A stretch of 64,000 nt of DNA from Candidatus Entotheonellaceae bacterium (GCA_965238075.1 OZ250173.1:1376001-1440000); one strand, 5' to 3'; counted from the first letter of the stretch, positions 48,280-60,991 are shown. Translations and numbers: made by a program. The notes: generated by a model from the sequence alone, not told the origin.

Positions 48280-49707
48280 TCACTGCTGGTTCAACCGGTT
48301 CAAGTAATCCGGTATTCCATCGCCATCCTCGTCGGCAAAGCTGCGCTGGCGGGCCGGCACACGGCTCGCCTCTTCAGGCATTGCTTGACGGCGGCGGAGC
48401 ACCATGCCCCGTGACAGGTCAACGACGTCCGAAATCAATTCGGCGATACTGTATTTGGGCTTGACGGTCACAATCCGCGCAATGCCAACGGAGGTTTCGA
48501 GCTGGTCGAGCCGTTCACCGGTATCGGGATCCAACAGCCAGTCGCCTACCGCAAAGACTTCAAACACGCTGCCCGCTTCAACCGTGTTGCCACCCCGGTT
48601 GACGACGAACTGACCTGGTCCCAGCACTTCTGTCACGCGCGGCGGATAGATGTTCTCCGTCAATTCATCGACCATGCGAACCGCAACTTCTTCCAGAAGG
48701 GCCTCTGCTGCTGCTTCGGGCCTCAGCCCCGGGGGCAGCCTACTGTCGAGGGTAATAGCGGAGGACCATTTGACCTGCCGCGTTGCCGCAGCAAGCACGG
48801 TGAATCGCACCTTTGTAGCCCCGTGGGATCGCTCGATTCGCTCACCGGAGGCTCGGATGACTCGGGTCTCGTTTTCAATTGCGACCCGGTCGATCGTGCC
48901 GTACACCAAGTAATCTGCTCCCATGACTCTGCCGAGCCGGGCCCGTTCGCCGATGCCCACGCCCCCGGATGCGAGGATTTGTTTCTCGGCCTCGTACACC
49001 TCCGGTCGTTGACGATCAAGCACGCCAAACCGCCGGCCTTGCGTCAACAGCTCTTCCACCTTTGCACGGAAACCGTGTTGAAGCTTCCTGACAAGCTTGA
49101 AGTCAACGTCTGTACCAACGCGCACGGCACGGCCATCAACCTGCAACTGTCGTCCACCGCCGACCCCGTGGAGATGAACCTCTTCCATCGGAAAGTCGAG
49201 CACGGCCAGCCGCCGCCGATCCATTGATGGCCCCGGCACCCGGTATACCGAATACCGCACACGAACCGCCGCCCGAATCTGTGAACCAGCGCGCCCTACG
49301 GAAAGGATGTCGTAGCCGTCGAAGCCGCAATTCGGATTCTTGCCGCGAACCTTGATTTGCCGATTGACCTTTTCGATCATCGTCGTACGGTCATCGTCCT
49401 CCACAAGCAGCGACCCGGTCTCCATCCTCGACTCGATGTGAACCCCGCAGATCTGGAATGTCGCCTCTTGCAACGCATTCAGAACTGCCTCCTGTTCGCT
49501 GATTCCCCACCCGTCAACATCACGGGTGACGGCGCGAACCTGCGCATTTGCAACTGATACGAAGAAGGCAGCACATATCGCTACCGTGACGACCCCTATG
49601 ACCTGACCGGCCAGGACGTGTTTTCTTGTACGTTCCATGGCTGCCTCCACCATTTTGACGGCAATCTCGACATCTTCGGCTTCTTCTGGCGCAGCACCAT
49701 ATGGCAA
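48280..49707 (-). CDS. CsgG/HfaB-like protein with FlgT C-terminal domain
   Basis: GISEQEAVLNALQEA, RRLAVLDF, LTQGRRFGVLDR, LGRVMGADYLVYGTI, VVNRGG, DPDTGERL; true start probably downstream of 49707. Confidence 0.7.
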   Translation of the reverse strand: MPYGAAPEEAEDVEIAVKMVEAAMERTRKHVLAGQVIGVVTVAICAAFFVSVANAQVRAVTRDVDGWGISEQEAVLNALQEATFQICGVHIESRMETGSLLVEDDDRTTMIEKVNRQIKVRGKNPNCGFDGYDILSVGRAGSQIRAAVRVRYSVYRVPGPSMDRRRLAVLDFPMEEVHLHGVGGGRQLQVDGRAVRVGTDVDFKLVRKLQHGFRAKVEELLTQGRRFGVLDRQRPEVYEAEKQILASGGVGIGERARLGRVMGADYLVYGTIDRVAIENETRVIRASGERIERSHGATKVRFTVLAAATRQVKWSSAITLDSRLPPGLRPEAAAEALLEEVAVRMVDELTENIYPPRVTEVLGPGQFVVNRGGNTVEAGSVFEVFAVGDWLLDPDTGERLDQLETSVGIARIVTVKPKYSIAELISDVVDLSRGMVLRRRQAMPEEASRVPARQRSFADEDGDGIPDYLNRLNQQ

Positions 49708-49718
49708 TGGGTTCCCTT

Positions 49719-51146
49719 CTAAAAATCCTCCGTTTGGATGTTCTCTCTGCGCAACAACCTTGGGGTCGGTTCTATGGCCTCCTCGTCGGGCGTGGTTTTC
49801 TTAGGAGATGCTCTGTTCGGATTGCGCATTACCTCTTGTGCCCGTTTCGCCGTCGCCACGCCTGTCGGAGACCAAGAGACCGCTACAACCGCAACCTTCT
49901 GTCCATTGGCTGGATGCGGTACAACCCACCGGCCAACCACTGTGAGCCCTGTTAATTCAATGGCGTCGGTGTTTGACTTCAGCTTCTCCATAAAGTCGTT
50001 CCTAATTTCCCCGCTGAAGGCTGCGTCAGCATACTCGGTGGCGGTCTCCTCGCCCTCATCTGCTCTTTCCGATCTCACGGTCTCACCCACGAACCCCCGT
50101 ATGGCACCTATGGCACGAACCTCGGCCCGACTTAATGCCATATCCTCTGCCCTTGCTCGGCGAGATGGTGAAGCCCTGCGCGGTGCGGCCTGACCAAATC
50201 CGACGAATACTTGGTCACCGTTCTCATCAATCAGCTTGTGAACACCCCAACTTGCGGAGATAGAGTCCTTACGCTTCGGCAACCAGTCAGAAACACGGAC
50301 TCTCGCTTTGCCTGTGTTCGCTGGCGCATATCCTCCAGCGACTGCTCGAGCAGCAAGTTCAAGCCGAGGGCTCCACACCAATCCAACGAGAATCTCGTAA
50401 GACTTACCATCTTGCGTTGGCCCTTCTAGCACCGCCATGGGCATGGCGCCAGACACAAAGCTTGAAGACACTGCCGTAATTTTCCTCTCGAAGGTGCTGC
50501 GGAAAGCCTCCTCTTTCTGCTCGCGACTGCCATACTTATCCGGATCATACATCGGATCAACCTGCACGAGCGCCTGGTCGAGTTGCGCTTCCGCGAGAGC
50601 TTGCATCTTTTTCGCAATCCGATCCACTTGCTTCAGGCGTTCGAGGGCTTCCCCTTGACCATCTGACCACCGTGCATTCTCAAGAGCATCATACGAAGTT
50701 CTTTTTCCGGTCTCGATTCCGAGAAACCCTACCAGCGTGACCTTGGCACGAAGGTAAGCAATCTCATATGCCATGCTACGCGACTCATGAAATCCTGGAT
50801 GATCTATCGGAAACTCTACCGTTTGTCGACCATTGGCTATGTATATATCCCGTTCGTTTGCTCCTTCTTGAAGACCTTTTTCGTCAAGGAGATCCTCCCA
50901 ATCTGCCATCAAACCAGCACTGTACATGCCAACGTGCTGGTTGGCCAAATCGTCCGGCAGTCGTTCCGTCGCTTCTTCCGCCGTCGTCGAGTCGGCAGCG
51001 GGCGCCTCCACCTCGGCTGCGACAGCCACCGCATGGCTAACCATCAGAAAAACGGCCAGCATAAGAAGCCCGGCGTGTAGAACGAAGGAACCTTTCCGGA
51101 ATCCTTTCCCAAGCATCAACACAGTCTGCTCGGATTGCTTCTTCAT
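49719..51146 (-). CDS. Exported hypothetical protein typical of LpoB/CsgG lipoprotein clusters
   Basis: Signal peptide; 475 aa; SRSMAYEIAYLRAK, DENGDQVFVGFGQ. Confidence 0.65.
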   Translation of the reverse strand: MKKQSEQTVLMLGKGFRKGSFVLHAGLLMLAVFLMVSHAVAVAAEVEAPAADSTTAEEATERLPDDLANQHVGMYSAGLMADWEDLLDEKGLQEGANERDIYIANGRQTVEFPIDHPGFHESRSMAYEIAYLRAKVTLVGFLGIETGKRTSYDALENARWSDGQGEALERLKQVDRIAKKMQALAEAQLDQALVQVDPMYDPDKYGSREQKEEAFRSTFERKITAVSSSFVSGAMPMAVLEGPTQDGKSYEILVGLVWSPRLELAARAVAGGYAPANTGKARVRVSDWLPKRKDSISASWGVHKLIDENGDQVFVGFGQAAPRRASPSRRARAEDMALSRAEVRAIGAIRGFVGETVRSERADEGEETATEYADAAFSGEIRNDFMEKLKSNTDAIELTGLTVVGRWVVPHPANGQKVAVVAVSWSPTGVATAKRAQEVMRNPNRASPKKTTPDEEAIEPTPRLLRRENIQTEDF

Positions 51147-51223
51147 CGTCTTATGCTCCTATCATTGAGAATTACGCGATACTCAATCGACATGACAACC
51201 TTGTGGCGCACACGTTCCTTGGT

Positions 51224-51862
51224 CTACCAAACAAAATTATCGTTCGGACCCAGTTTGGCGATAACCGCCTCGAACTCCCAGTAGGCCAGGCCGGTTTCAA
51301 TATTGGTCGCCGTCAACTGGAAGTAATAGTCGGCTTGCTGCTTGTTGCCAACCCGGTTGACGCGCTGAATGATTTTTCCAGACAGGCTGAGATCAGGCGC
51401 AACCATCGTACCCCTACCCGCAACCGTGTCCTGGTTGAACTCATCCGAATCCCTGAGCTGTCGAACCTCCATGCTCAGTGCGTCTTCCGGCCCGTCCGCG
51501 CCGACTGCCGTCGTTACCATCACGCGTCCGCTGTTCAGAAGCGCAACGCGCATCTTCTTGACCAACTGGTCTGCATCAAGATTAAGCGTCGTGTCGTTCG
51601 TAATGCGACTGATCGCCATGATCCAAGGCGCCGAGCTCCCGGGCTTGCGGGACAACGGACTGTTCAAGAATGAATCTACAGCCTTTTTGGCGGAATATTC
51701 GAAATCACGATAGTCCAGGCCGAACGTTGTCTCACCGCCTGTTTGTTGACGCGTCGTGTATGTCGGATCACTAAGATTGACGACGCTCGTTGTACCGCAT
51801 CCGGTCAAGCCGATTGACCCGACTAAAATAGCAAGAACGAGTAGTCCGTAGCCTGATTTCAT
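51224..51862 (-). CDS. lpoB: Penicillin-binding protein activator LpoB-like lipoprotein
   Basis: Lipobox LTGC; GLDYRDF..A...VDSFL, ITNDT, RVALLNSG, LSLSGKI, YYFQL...TGLAYWE. Confidence 0.75.
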   Translation of the reverse strand: MKSGYGLLVLAILVGSIGLTGCGTTSVVNLSDPTYTTRQQTGGETTFGLDYRDFEYSAKKAVDSFLNSPLSRKPGSSAPWIMAISRITNDTTLNLDADQLVKKMRVALLNSGRVMVTTAVGADGPEDALSMEVRQLRDSDEFNQDTVAGRGTMVAPDLSLSGKIIQRVNRVGNKQQADYYFQLTATNIETGLAYWEFEAVIAKLGPNDNFVW

Positions 51863-51925
51863 TTGGTGTCTCCTCATATACGTTCTCGTTTACGTTCTCG
51901 TTGGCCCGTCCGAGTGGGGAGATTG

Positions 51926-53845
51926 TCAATTGAGACGAGATGCCGACAGCAGTTCAAGTCGGAATTGCGCAATATCGTCTCTCGGTGCGGTTCCCGCAAG
52001 CATTGCCCGCGCGCGCGGCAGTGCATGAACCACCTGCCAATCACCGAGAATGCTATCCACCGGTTGACCCGCCGCATCCAGCCAAGTGAACCGGTAAGCC
52101 GCCGTCAACTTCCTTCTCGACTGATTGAAAAAGTCGCCTGCCACGCGCAGCAGGCCAGTAGCGTTTCGCGCTCGAGTCATTCGCAGATCGCGCAATCCGC
52201 GACGAGTCAGACGCTTGTCGACCGACACCCAGGGTACCCACCAGTCGCCAGACGAGGGCGCCACTATCACCTCTGTTGAGACCGAAGGCGGCTCTGGCAT
52301 AACTGCGGACGGCCTGTCCTCCTCGGTTACACCAACTGCATCGGACACCTTGATGATCTGAGCCTGTATTCCAGATATCCGCGGCGGTGGGTCTATGGAC
52401 GCTTGTTCCATCCCGCGGCCCATGGCGGCGACGTGGATGGCCGGCGGCGCTCCCGCAGTGACGGTTTTCACGGTGACCAGAGCGAAAGCGGTGGGTGGCA
52501 ACGTTAGATCAATGGCGGCGCCTGAACCAGTCGCGACCAAGATCCGCCCGTCAGCCGGACGCGGGAGACTCGCCACACCAATCGAATGCGGCAGGACGTG
52601 CCACATCCGTGTGTCCGCTCTCGTCGTGGCGGAAATTGCAGCGTTGGCGAAAATGCCGAGCAATGCCCCGGCCAGACCTTGATCTCCCAAGGTCTCGTTG
52701 ACAACGACTTGCGCCAGTGTTTTGACCACGGTCGACGCAATGGCCTTGCCGACGATGGCGTTGTAGCCGGCGCGAAACTCCGTAGCCGCGTAACGATTGA
52801 CATTCAGCAGGGTTTGGGTCCGATATTCCACGCCGTCGGCGCGAATCCCTAGCGTACCTAACGCGGGTCTGCCAACCACGAATTCCGGCAGCGCAATGGC
52901 AGAAAAGATTGGCCCACTCGGCGTGAAGACATTGAATTCGAACCGAAACTCTTCCAGATGCGGCCCAATACCATCCTCGTGAACGATCCAAACCCGTGCC
53001 GGAACATCGCCCAAACTACCAGCGGCCTCCCCCGCTACGATCAGGTCCTCCAGGGCGTGGCGATTCTGTCGGCCATCAAGCACAACCGCGTTGCGGAACA
53101 AGTCCGAAGCGCGATTGGATTCGCCCGTTGCCAGACGGAAGGTGCCATGCAACCAGTCCGTAAACGGGTTGCGGAGATCACGATACTCACCAAGCGCCTC
53201 GACGGCCGCCAAACGTTGCGCAACCGCGCCGTCCGGTTTCATGACGTCATCAAGTGTTCTGTCGACGTTCGCAGATTGCGCATTCTCCTCGGGATCCTCT
53301 GCCCTCAAGGCCTGGACCTTCACGGCAAGCTGTTCGACGGCGTTGGTTTGACGCTGATCCGCTCGGTTCAACTCGACCCGGGCGCGGCTCTCGTCGCCCA
53401 GATGCAGAGCGTTTATCGCCTTGTAGGTGTTGATCAGAACCCCATCATAAATGTTCCCCTGATACGACCGCACGAGATCACTGCTCACGACCGTCAACCC
53501 CGCCCCGAGCAAGTCTTCGAGACTGTTGATTCTGTTTGACTTCCACAGGAGTTGCGATTCCGCGCGGTCGAAAGCAACCTGGGACGACTCGAACGAGCCC
53601 GCTGCTCTCAAGGCCAGACCTACCTGGAGCGACGTGAGCAGGTTCTCCTCGTCATAGTCGAGCGCGTTGTCACCGCCGAGGGTGCCTGCGGCTGCCATGT
53701 AGTCGCCTTGGGCGTATGGACCAAGAAACTCCTGGCTGCCCCGTATATCGGCCATCCCGGCACACCCGCAAACAGCCAGAACCACCACAATGAGACTCCA
53801 GGCGCAGAACCGAGAGATCCAGAACTCCAGAATCGTCTTACGCAT
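51926..53845 (-). CDS. COG3014-family lipoprotein fused to a C-terminal YcfL/DUF1425-like domain
   Basis: Lipobox AVCGC; YQGNIYDGVLINTYKAIN, ARVELNRADQRQ, NPF, ADTRMW..LP; C-terminal NQSRRKLTAAYRFTWLDAAGQPV..W. Confidence 0.7.
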   Translation of the reverse strand: MRKTILEFWISRFCAWSLIVVVLAVCGCAGMADIRGSQEFLGPYAQGDYMAAAGTLGGDNALDYDEENLLTSLQVGLALRAAGSFESSQVAFDRAESQLLWKSNRINSLEDLLGAGLTVVSSDLVRSYQGNIYDGVLINTYKAINALHLGDESRARVELNRADQRQTNAVEQLAVKVQALRAEDPEENAQSANVDRTLDDVMKPDGAVAQRLAAVEALGEYRDLRNPFTDWLHGTFRLATGESNRASDLFRNAVVLDGRQNRHALEDLIVAGEAAGSLGDVPARVWIVHEDGIGPHLEEFRFEFNVFTPSGPIFSAIALPEFVVGRPALGTLGIRADGVEYRTQTLLNVNRYAATEFRAGYNAIVGKAIASTVVKTLAQVVVNETLGDQGLAGALLGIFANAAISATTRADTRMWHVLPHSIGVASLPRPADGRILVATGSGAAIDLTLPPTAFALVTVKTVTAGAPPAIHVAAMGRGMEQASIDPPPRISGIQAQIIKVSDAVGVTEEDRPSAVMPEPPSVSTEVIVAPSSGDWWVPWVSVDKRLTRRGLRDLRMTRARNATGLLRVAGDFFNQSRRKLTAAYRFTWLDAAGQPVDSILGDWQVVHALPRARAMLAGTAPRDDIAQFRLELLSASRLN

Positions 53846-54107
53846 GCCATACCTCCGGATTCTTCCGCGGTGAATTGTGCATGCCCCGCAATTTGGGGTG
53901 CTTCCAGGTGATTTCGCAGATTGTCAAAAGCTCTTTCTCATGTCAATTAATCATAATGGTCGATCAATATATGAGTGAACATCGAAGGGGAAACCGACGG
54001 CGCCTGACATGTCGGCGGCCACTGCGCGCAACTCGCTGAAAATTACCACAAATATACTTGCCGACGTCAGCCATTACATATCTTCGCCATCGCAGTCCCA
54101 CCGGTGT

Positions 54108-54884
54108 TTAATTCGACCCAACGGCTTGACGCTCAATTCCCTCCAGCGTTCCCCGCAGGTCGTTGAACCCTTGCAGAACCCACGACGTCGCCCCGCACAG
54201 GAAAAACTTCGCACCGACTTCGGCGACGTGCGCCATGTTGTTCTGGAATCCCACCGTGCCGGCCGTGCGGCCGCGGTCGATGATGTGCCGGATGGTGTCG
54301 TCCACCACCTTGGTGACCGCCGGGTGCGTGAACTCGCCGACGTGCCCAACGGCCTGCGACAGGTCGCCCGGCCCCACGAAAAACACGTCGATGTGATCCA
54401 CCTCCAGGATGGCATCAAGGTTGTCCAGCGCCTCGGCGTCCTCGATGAACACGACCACCAGCGTTTCGTCATTTGCCCTCTGGAAGTAATCCGGCACGTC
54501 GATGCCCTGGCGGCTGATGTAGATGCCGCGATGGCCGATGGGCGCGAACTTGGCGGCGTCGACCACGCGGGCGGCGTCTTCGGCGGTGGAAACGTGCGGC
54601 ACGGCGACGCCCTGAGCGCCGAGGTCGAGGGCGTGATAGATAAGCTGCTTTTGAGCACGGCCGACGCGCGCGATGGACGTGCTGCCCGACACGTCACAGG
54701 CGCGGGTCAGGTCGCCGATGTTGGTCGGCGAGGCGATCCAGTGCTCGCCCTCCAGCCAGAACGCTTGCGGCTGCAGCGGCGCCAGGCGTTCGATGGCATC
54801 CGGATGGTTCAGCCCCTCGATGGCGATGACGTGCTGGCCGGCGGCCAGCCGCCGTTTGGCGCGGTTCGGTCTGATTTGTGTCAT
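54108..54884 (-). CDS. HpcH/HpaI aldolase family protein, copy 1
   Basis: WLEGEH, ALDLGAQGVAVPHV, KFAPIGHRG, FIEDAEA, FFVGPGDLS. Confidence 0.88.
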   Translation of the reverse strand: MTQIRPNRAKRRLAAGQHVIAIEGLNHPDAIERLAPLQPQAFWLEGEHWIASPTNIGDLTRACDVSGSTSIARVGRAQKQLIYHALDLGAQGVAVPHVSTAEDAARVVDAAKFAPIGHRGIYISRQGIDVPDYFQRANDETLVVVFIEDAEALDNLDAILEVDHIDVFFVGPGDLSQAVGHVGEFTHPAVTKVVDDTIRHIIDRGRTAGTVGFQNNMAHVAEVGAKFFLCGATSWVLQGFNDLRGTLEGIERQAVGSN

Positions 54885-55642
54885 GCCCCACCTCCTGCGG
54901 CAGCTTGGTCGAGTTGCTTGAAACCGGCCTCGATCCACGTGGCAGGGCCGGACATGAAGAATCGCACTCCCAAGTCGTACAGGTGCGCGGCGCTGGCCTC
55001 GGTCACCAGGGCGCCGGCGGTTCTGCCGCGCTTCACGATGCGGGCCAGCGTTTCGTCCACCACTTTCTGCACCCGCGGGTCGCCCGCCATACCGGGTAGC
55101 CCCATGGTTTGCGCCAAGTCGCCGGGGGCCACGAAGAACACGTCGATGTGCTCCACGTCGAGAATCTCGTCCAGGTTTTCCACCGCCACCACGTCTTCGA
55201 TCAGCACGCTCAGCAGGGTCTGGTCATTCGCCAGATTGTGGTAATCCGGCACCCCGATACCCTGCCGGCTGGTATAGGAGCCGCGCTTTCCGAGCGGCCA
55301 GAACTTGCCCGCCTGCACGAACGCTTCCGCCTCGGCGCGGCTGTTGACGTGCGGCACCACGATGCCCATGGCGCCGAGATCAAGGCAGCGGTAGATGACG
55401 CCCGCCTCGTTCTGGTGCACGCGGATGATGGGCGTGGCGCCGATCAGGTCGATGGCGCGCGTCAGGTTGGCGAGGTCGGAGAAGCTCACGTCGCCGTGCT
55501 CGCCCTCCAGCCAGACGCCGTCCGGGCGCGCCGGGACCAGTCGCTCCAGGTGGTCGGCGCCGCTGTACCCCCAGGCCGCAAAGCACAGGGCGTAGCGGCC
55601 CTGGCGGAGTCGATCCTTCACCCGATTCGGGCGTATCATCAC
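54881..55642 (-). CDS. HpcH/HpaI aldolase family protein, copy 2
   Basis: WLEGEHG, CLDLGAMGIVVPHV, KFWPLGKRG, LIEDVVA, FFVAPGDLA; ATGA overlap with copy 1. Confidence 0.88.
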   Translation of the reverse strand: MMIRPNRVKDRLRQGRYALCFAAWGYSGADHLERLVPARPDGVWLEGEHGDVSFSDLANLTRAIDLIGATPIIRVHQNEAGVIYRCLDLGAMGIVVPHVNSRAEAEAFVQAGKFWPLGKRGSYTSRQGIGVPDYHNLANDQTLLSVLIEDVVAVENLDEILDVEHIDVFFVAPGDLAQTMGLPGMAGDPRVQKVVDETLARIVKRGRTAGALVTEASAAHLYDLGVRFFMSGPATWIEAGFKQLDQAAAGGGA

Positions 55643-55877
55643 GGTCCTTCTCCTTCTACCATGCGTTGGCAAGATGCGCTATATTGTGCGAGTTCGTGCC
55701 GCTGGTTGTTAAGGCCGTCGCAGTTTTGGCGTTCGTTCAAGCGCTACCCGGCAACCAGGGAAGTCACCCACCCCACCCTGTAAAAAGGCGTGCCACGACA
55801 GCATACCTTCATCATAACATGACCATGTTGGCCACCGGCTGGAGGGTGTTCGGGCGGCAGGGCCACAGGAGGAAGCA

Positions 55878-58415
<2,538 letters not shown>

Positions 58416-58456
58416 GCACGCGGCGACCGCCTGACCCTCCTGCACGGGGTATTACC

Positions 58457-59125
58457 ATGTTTTGGACGGAGATTTGGCAGGACATCGACTGGCAAGCCGG
58501 CTGGGCCTTTCTCCACAAGGGCGGCAGCCTGATGTACCTGCTGCTGCTGTGCTCGGTGCTGGTGCTGTCGATAACCCTGGAACGGTGGGTGCGCATCCGG
58601 CGCGCCCGCACCAATACCGAAGCGCTGTTCGGCCCGGTCGAGGACATGATCTCCCAGGATGACATGGCCGGTGCCTACGCCCATCTGCGTTTCTTCCGCG
58701 GTCCGCTGGCCGCAGTGCTGCGGGCCGTGTTGGAATCGCGTTCCCGAGAAAAAGCCGACCTGGAAGAAGCCGCCCTGATGGAGGCGAGACGGGAATTGCG
58801 CCTGCTCAACCTGCGGCTTCCCGCCCTCAGTCTGCTCGCCGGCCTGGCACCGCTGCTCGGTCTGTTGGGCACGGTGATCGGCATGATCAAGGCCTTTCAG
58901 CAGGTGGCGCTGGCGCAGGGGGCGGTGAACCCGAGCATGCTCGCCAACGGCATCTGGGAGGCGCTGCTCACCACCGGCGCCGGCCTGAGCGTGGCCATCC
59001 CGGCGGTGATCTTCCACCACGCCCTGGACCAGCGCGTTAAGCGCTGCGCCTTTGAAATGGACTATTTCAGCGCCGCCCTCATCCGCCTGATGGGCCGCCC
59101 GGATCCGGAGTCCATTGATGCTTAA
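58457..59125 (+). CDS. exbB: ExbB/TolQ proton channel
   Basis: KGGSLMYLL, APLLGLLGTVIGMIKAF, LANGIWEALLTTGAGLSVAIPA. Confidence 0.9.
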   Translation: MFWTEIWQDIDWQAGWAFLHKGGSLMYLLLLCSVLVLSITLERWVRIRRARTNTEALFGPVEDMISQDDMAGAYAHLRFFRGPLAAVLRAVLESRSREKADLEEAALMEARRELRLLNLRLPALSLLAGLAPLLGLLGTVIGMIKAFQQVALAQGAVNPSMLANGIWEALLTTGAGLSVAIPAVIFHHALDQRVKRCAFEMDYFSAALIRLMGRPDPESIDA

Positions 59126-59552
59126 CACCAGCGAAGAGCAAGCCCAGCGCAGCGCGGTGTCCGGGCCAAGCCTCATGCCGCTGCTCGACGTGATGTTGCT
59201 GCTGCTGATCTTCTTCCTGCTGGCCTCGGTGTTCGTGCAGCCGACGCTGGAGGTTGATCTGCCGGACGCGGCGCACAGCGAATCCGACACCCCGCAGAAC
59301 GACATCCTCACCATTTCCGTCAGCAGCAACGGCGACGTGTTCATCAACAAGAGGTTCGTGCCGCTTGAGGAACTGCAGGGCCGCATCGAGGCGGCGGTCG
59401 CCGAGGACCCGGAACTGCCGGTGATGGTACGCGCCGATGAGCAGAGCGCTTTCCGGTATTTCGTCAAGGTCATGGACGCCGTCAAAGGGGCGGGCGCCAC
59501 TCAGCTCACCATCGAAACGCAGCGGGCGCAGGAGGAGGAGGCCAGCCCATGA
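59118..59552 (+). CDS. exbD: ExbD/TolR
   Basis: LMPLLDVMLLLLIFFLL, VDLP, VMVRAD, VKVMDAVK.AG. Confidence 0.9.
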   Translation: MLNTSEEQAQRSAVSGPSLMPLLDVMLLLLIFFLLASVFVQPTLEVDLPDAAHSESDTPQNDILTISVSSNGDVFINKRFVPLEELQGRIEAAVAEDPELPVMVRADEQSAFRYFVKVMDAVKGAGATQLTIETQRAQEEEASP

Positions 59553-60991
59553 CCGGCGCGAGTCGGCTGCTGTTGCTGATGTTCGGGTTTTCCATCTTCC
59601 TGCACGTCCTGTTCATTACCGGCTTGCCGCATCTTCCCTGGTTCAATCGCCCCCCCGACATTTACCGCCTGACGCGCTACGTCGTGCGCTTCAACAAGCC
59701 GGTGCCGACGTCGGTTCCCATGCTGACGCAGGTTGCCGTCGCCGAACCGATACCCATCGAACCCGCGCCGGTCGAACCCCTGGCGGACCTGCAAACCCCC
59801 AAGCCGATTGAACGGGTGGAGACTCTGCCCGAACACGCCGTCGAGCCGCTGCTGGCGCCGGCCCCGGTGCAGCCCGTGGTGCCCAAGCCGCCGGAATTGC
59901 AACAACGCGCTGCCACTCAGACGCGGCGACGGGTGGAAACGCGGCCCGAGCAGATCGTGAAACCGCAAGTGGCGCCGATCCCGGTGGTGCAGCCCGTGGT
60001 GCCCAAACCGCCGGAATTGCAACAACGCGCTGCCACGCAGACGCGGCAACGGGTGGAAACGCGGCCCGAGCAGATCGTGAAACCGCAAGTGGCACCGCTC
60101 CCGGTGGTGCAGCCCGTGGTGCCCAAACCGCCGGAATTGGAACAGCGCGCCGCCACGCAGACGCGGCGACGGGCGGAAACGCGGCCCGAGCAGATCGTGA
60201 AGCCGCAGGTGGCGCCGGCTCCGGTGGTGCAGCCCGTGGTGCCCAAGCCACCGGAATTGGAACAGCGCGCTGCTACTCGGACGCGGCGACGGGTGGAAAC
60301 ACGGCCCGAGCAGATCGTAAAGCCGCAAGTGGCGCCGACGCCGGTGAAGCCCGTGATTCCCAAGCCGCAGGAGCAGCGGAAACAACGTGTCAACGCGCCG
60401 CGCGAACACGTTGTCGTGCAGGAGCACCAGCCGCGCCCGGACATTGCGCCGATCGAGCCGCCGCAGCCGGTGGTCGTCAAACCGGTCCCGCGACGCCGGG
60501 CCGCAACGATGCCACGGTCGCACGCCGCCACCCAGACGACCGGCAGGCGGACGCCGAGCCGCGTGGCGGCCACCGTGCCGCAAACCGTCTCGCCCGTGCC
60601 GATTCGTGTGGCGGCCCTGTCGCAACCGCGTCAACCCTCCCCGGCGGCGGTCCTGCAAGCCGAGCGGGAACGGCTTCAGGCCGAGCAGGAGCAGAATGCC
60701 ATTCAGTCCTACCTGAGTCTGGTTTTCCAGAGCCTGGAGAGCCACAAGCGCTATCCCAGGATCGCCGAGCGCAGTGAGCTGAGCGGCCGGGTCGTGCTGC
60801 GCTTCACCGTGCGCTGGGACGGGGAGGTGATGGACCCGCAGGTCGTCGAGGTCGTCGGGCACAACTCGTTCGGCGATGCCGCGAAGCGAGCTCTGAAGCG
60901 GGTCGGCCAATTGCCGCGGTTTCCCGACGAGATTCGGCGTCGTGAACTCCTGATGGAAGTGCCGATTACCTATCGGATTGAAGACAGGTGA
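59549..60991 (+). CDS. tonB: TonB energy transducer with a long repeat-containing Pro-rich spacer
   Basis: TM anchor SIFLH (SxxxH); C-terminal domain YPRIAERSELSGRVVLRFTV..DG...FGDAAKRAL...VPITY. Confidence 0.88.
   Translation: MTGASRLLLLMFGFSIFLHVLFITGLPHLPWFNRPPDIYRLTRYVVRFNKPVPTSVPMLTQVAVAEPIPIEPAPVEPLADLQTPKPIERVETLPEHAVEPLLAPAPVQPVVPKPPELQQRAATQTRRRVETRPEQIVKPQVAPIPVVQPVVPKPPELQQRAATQTRQRVETRPEQIVKPQVAPLPVVQPVVPKPPELEQRAATQTRRRAETRPEQIVKPQVAPAPVVQPVVPKPPELEQRAATRTRRRVETRPEQIVKPQVAPTPVKPVIPKPQEQRKQRVNAPREHVVVQEHQPRPDIAPIEPPQPVVVKPVPRRRAATMPRSHAATQTTGRRTPSRVAATVPQTVSPVPIRVAALSQPRQPSPAAVLQAERERLQAEQEQNAIQSYLSLVFQSLESHKRYPRIAERSELSGRVVLRFTVRWDGEVMDPQVVEVVGHNSFGDAAKRALKRVGQLPRFPDEIRRRELLMEVPITYRIEDR
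59866..60370 (+). repeat. 120-bp in-frame tandem repeat, about 4 copies, inside tonB
   Basis: Unit VQPVVPKPPELQQRAATQTRRRVETRPEQIVKPQVAPxPV; gcccaa recurs at 59881, 60001, 60121 and 60241. Confidence 0.92.

Noticed and set aside
55780-55795. Sigma-54 promoter on the minus strand (TGGCACGCCTTTTTAC) facing the aldolases
   Set aside because: The -24 element is good but the conserved -12 GC is absent, so it is too weak to call.
55680-55877. Cobalamin or TPP riboswitch, Fur box or Pho box upstream of the TonB receptor
   Set aside because: No convincing conserved core was recognisable by eye; a covariance-model search would be needed.
59866-60370. CRISPR array
   Set aside because: The repeats are contiguous, in-frame 120-bp units without unique spacers, and no cas genes are present.
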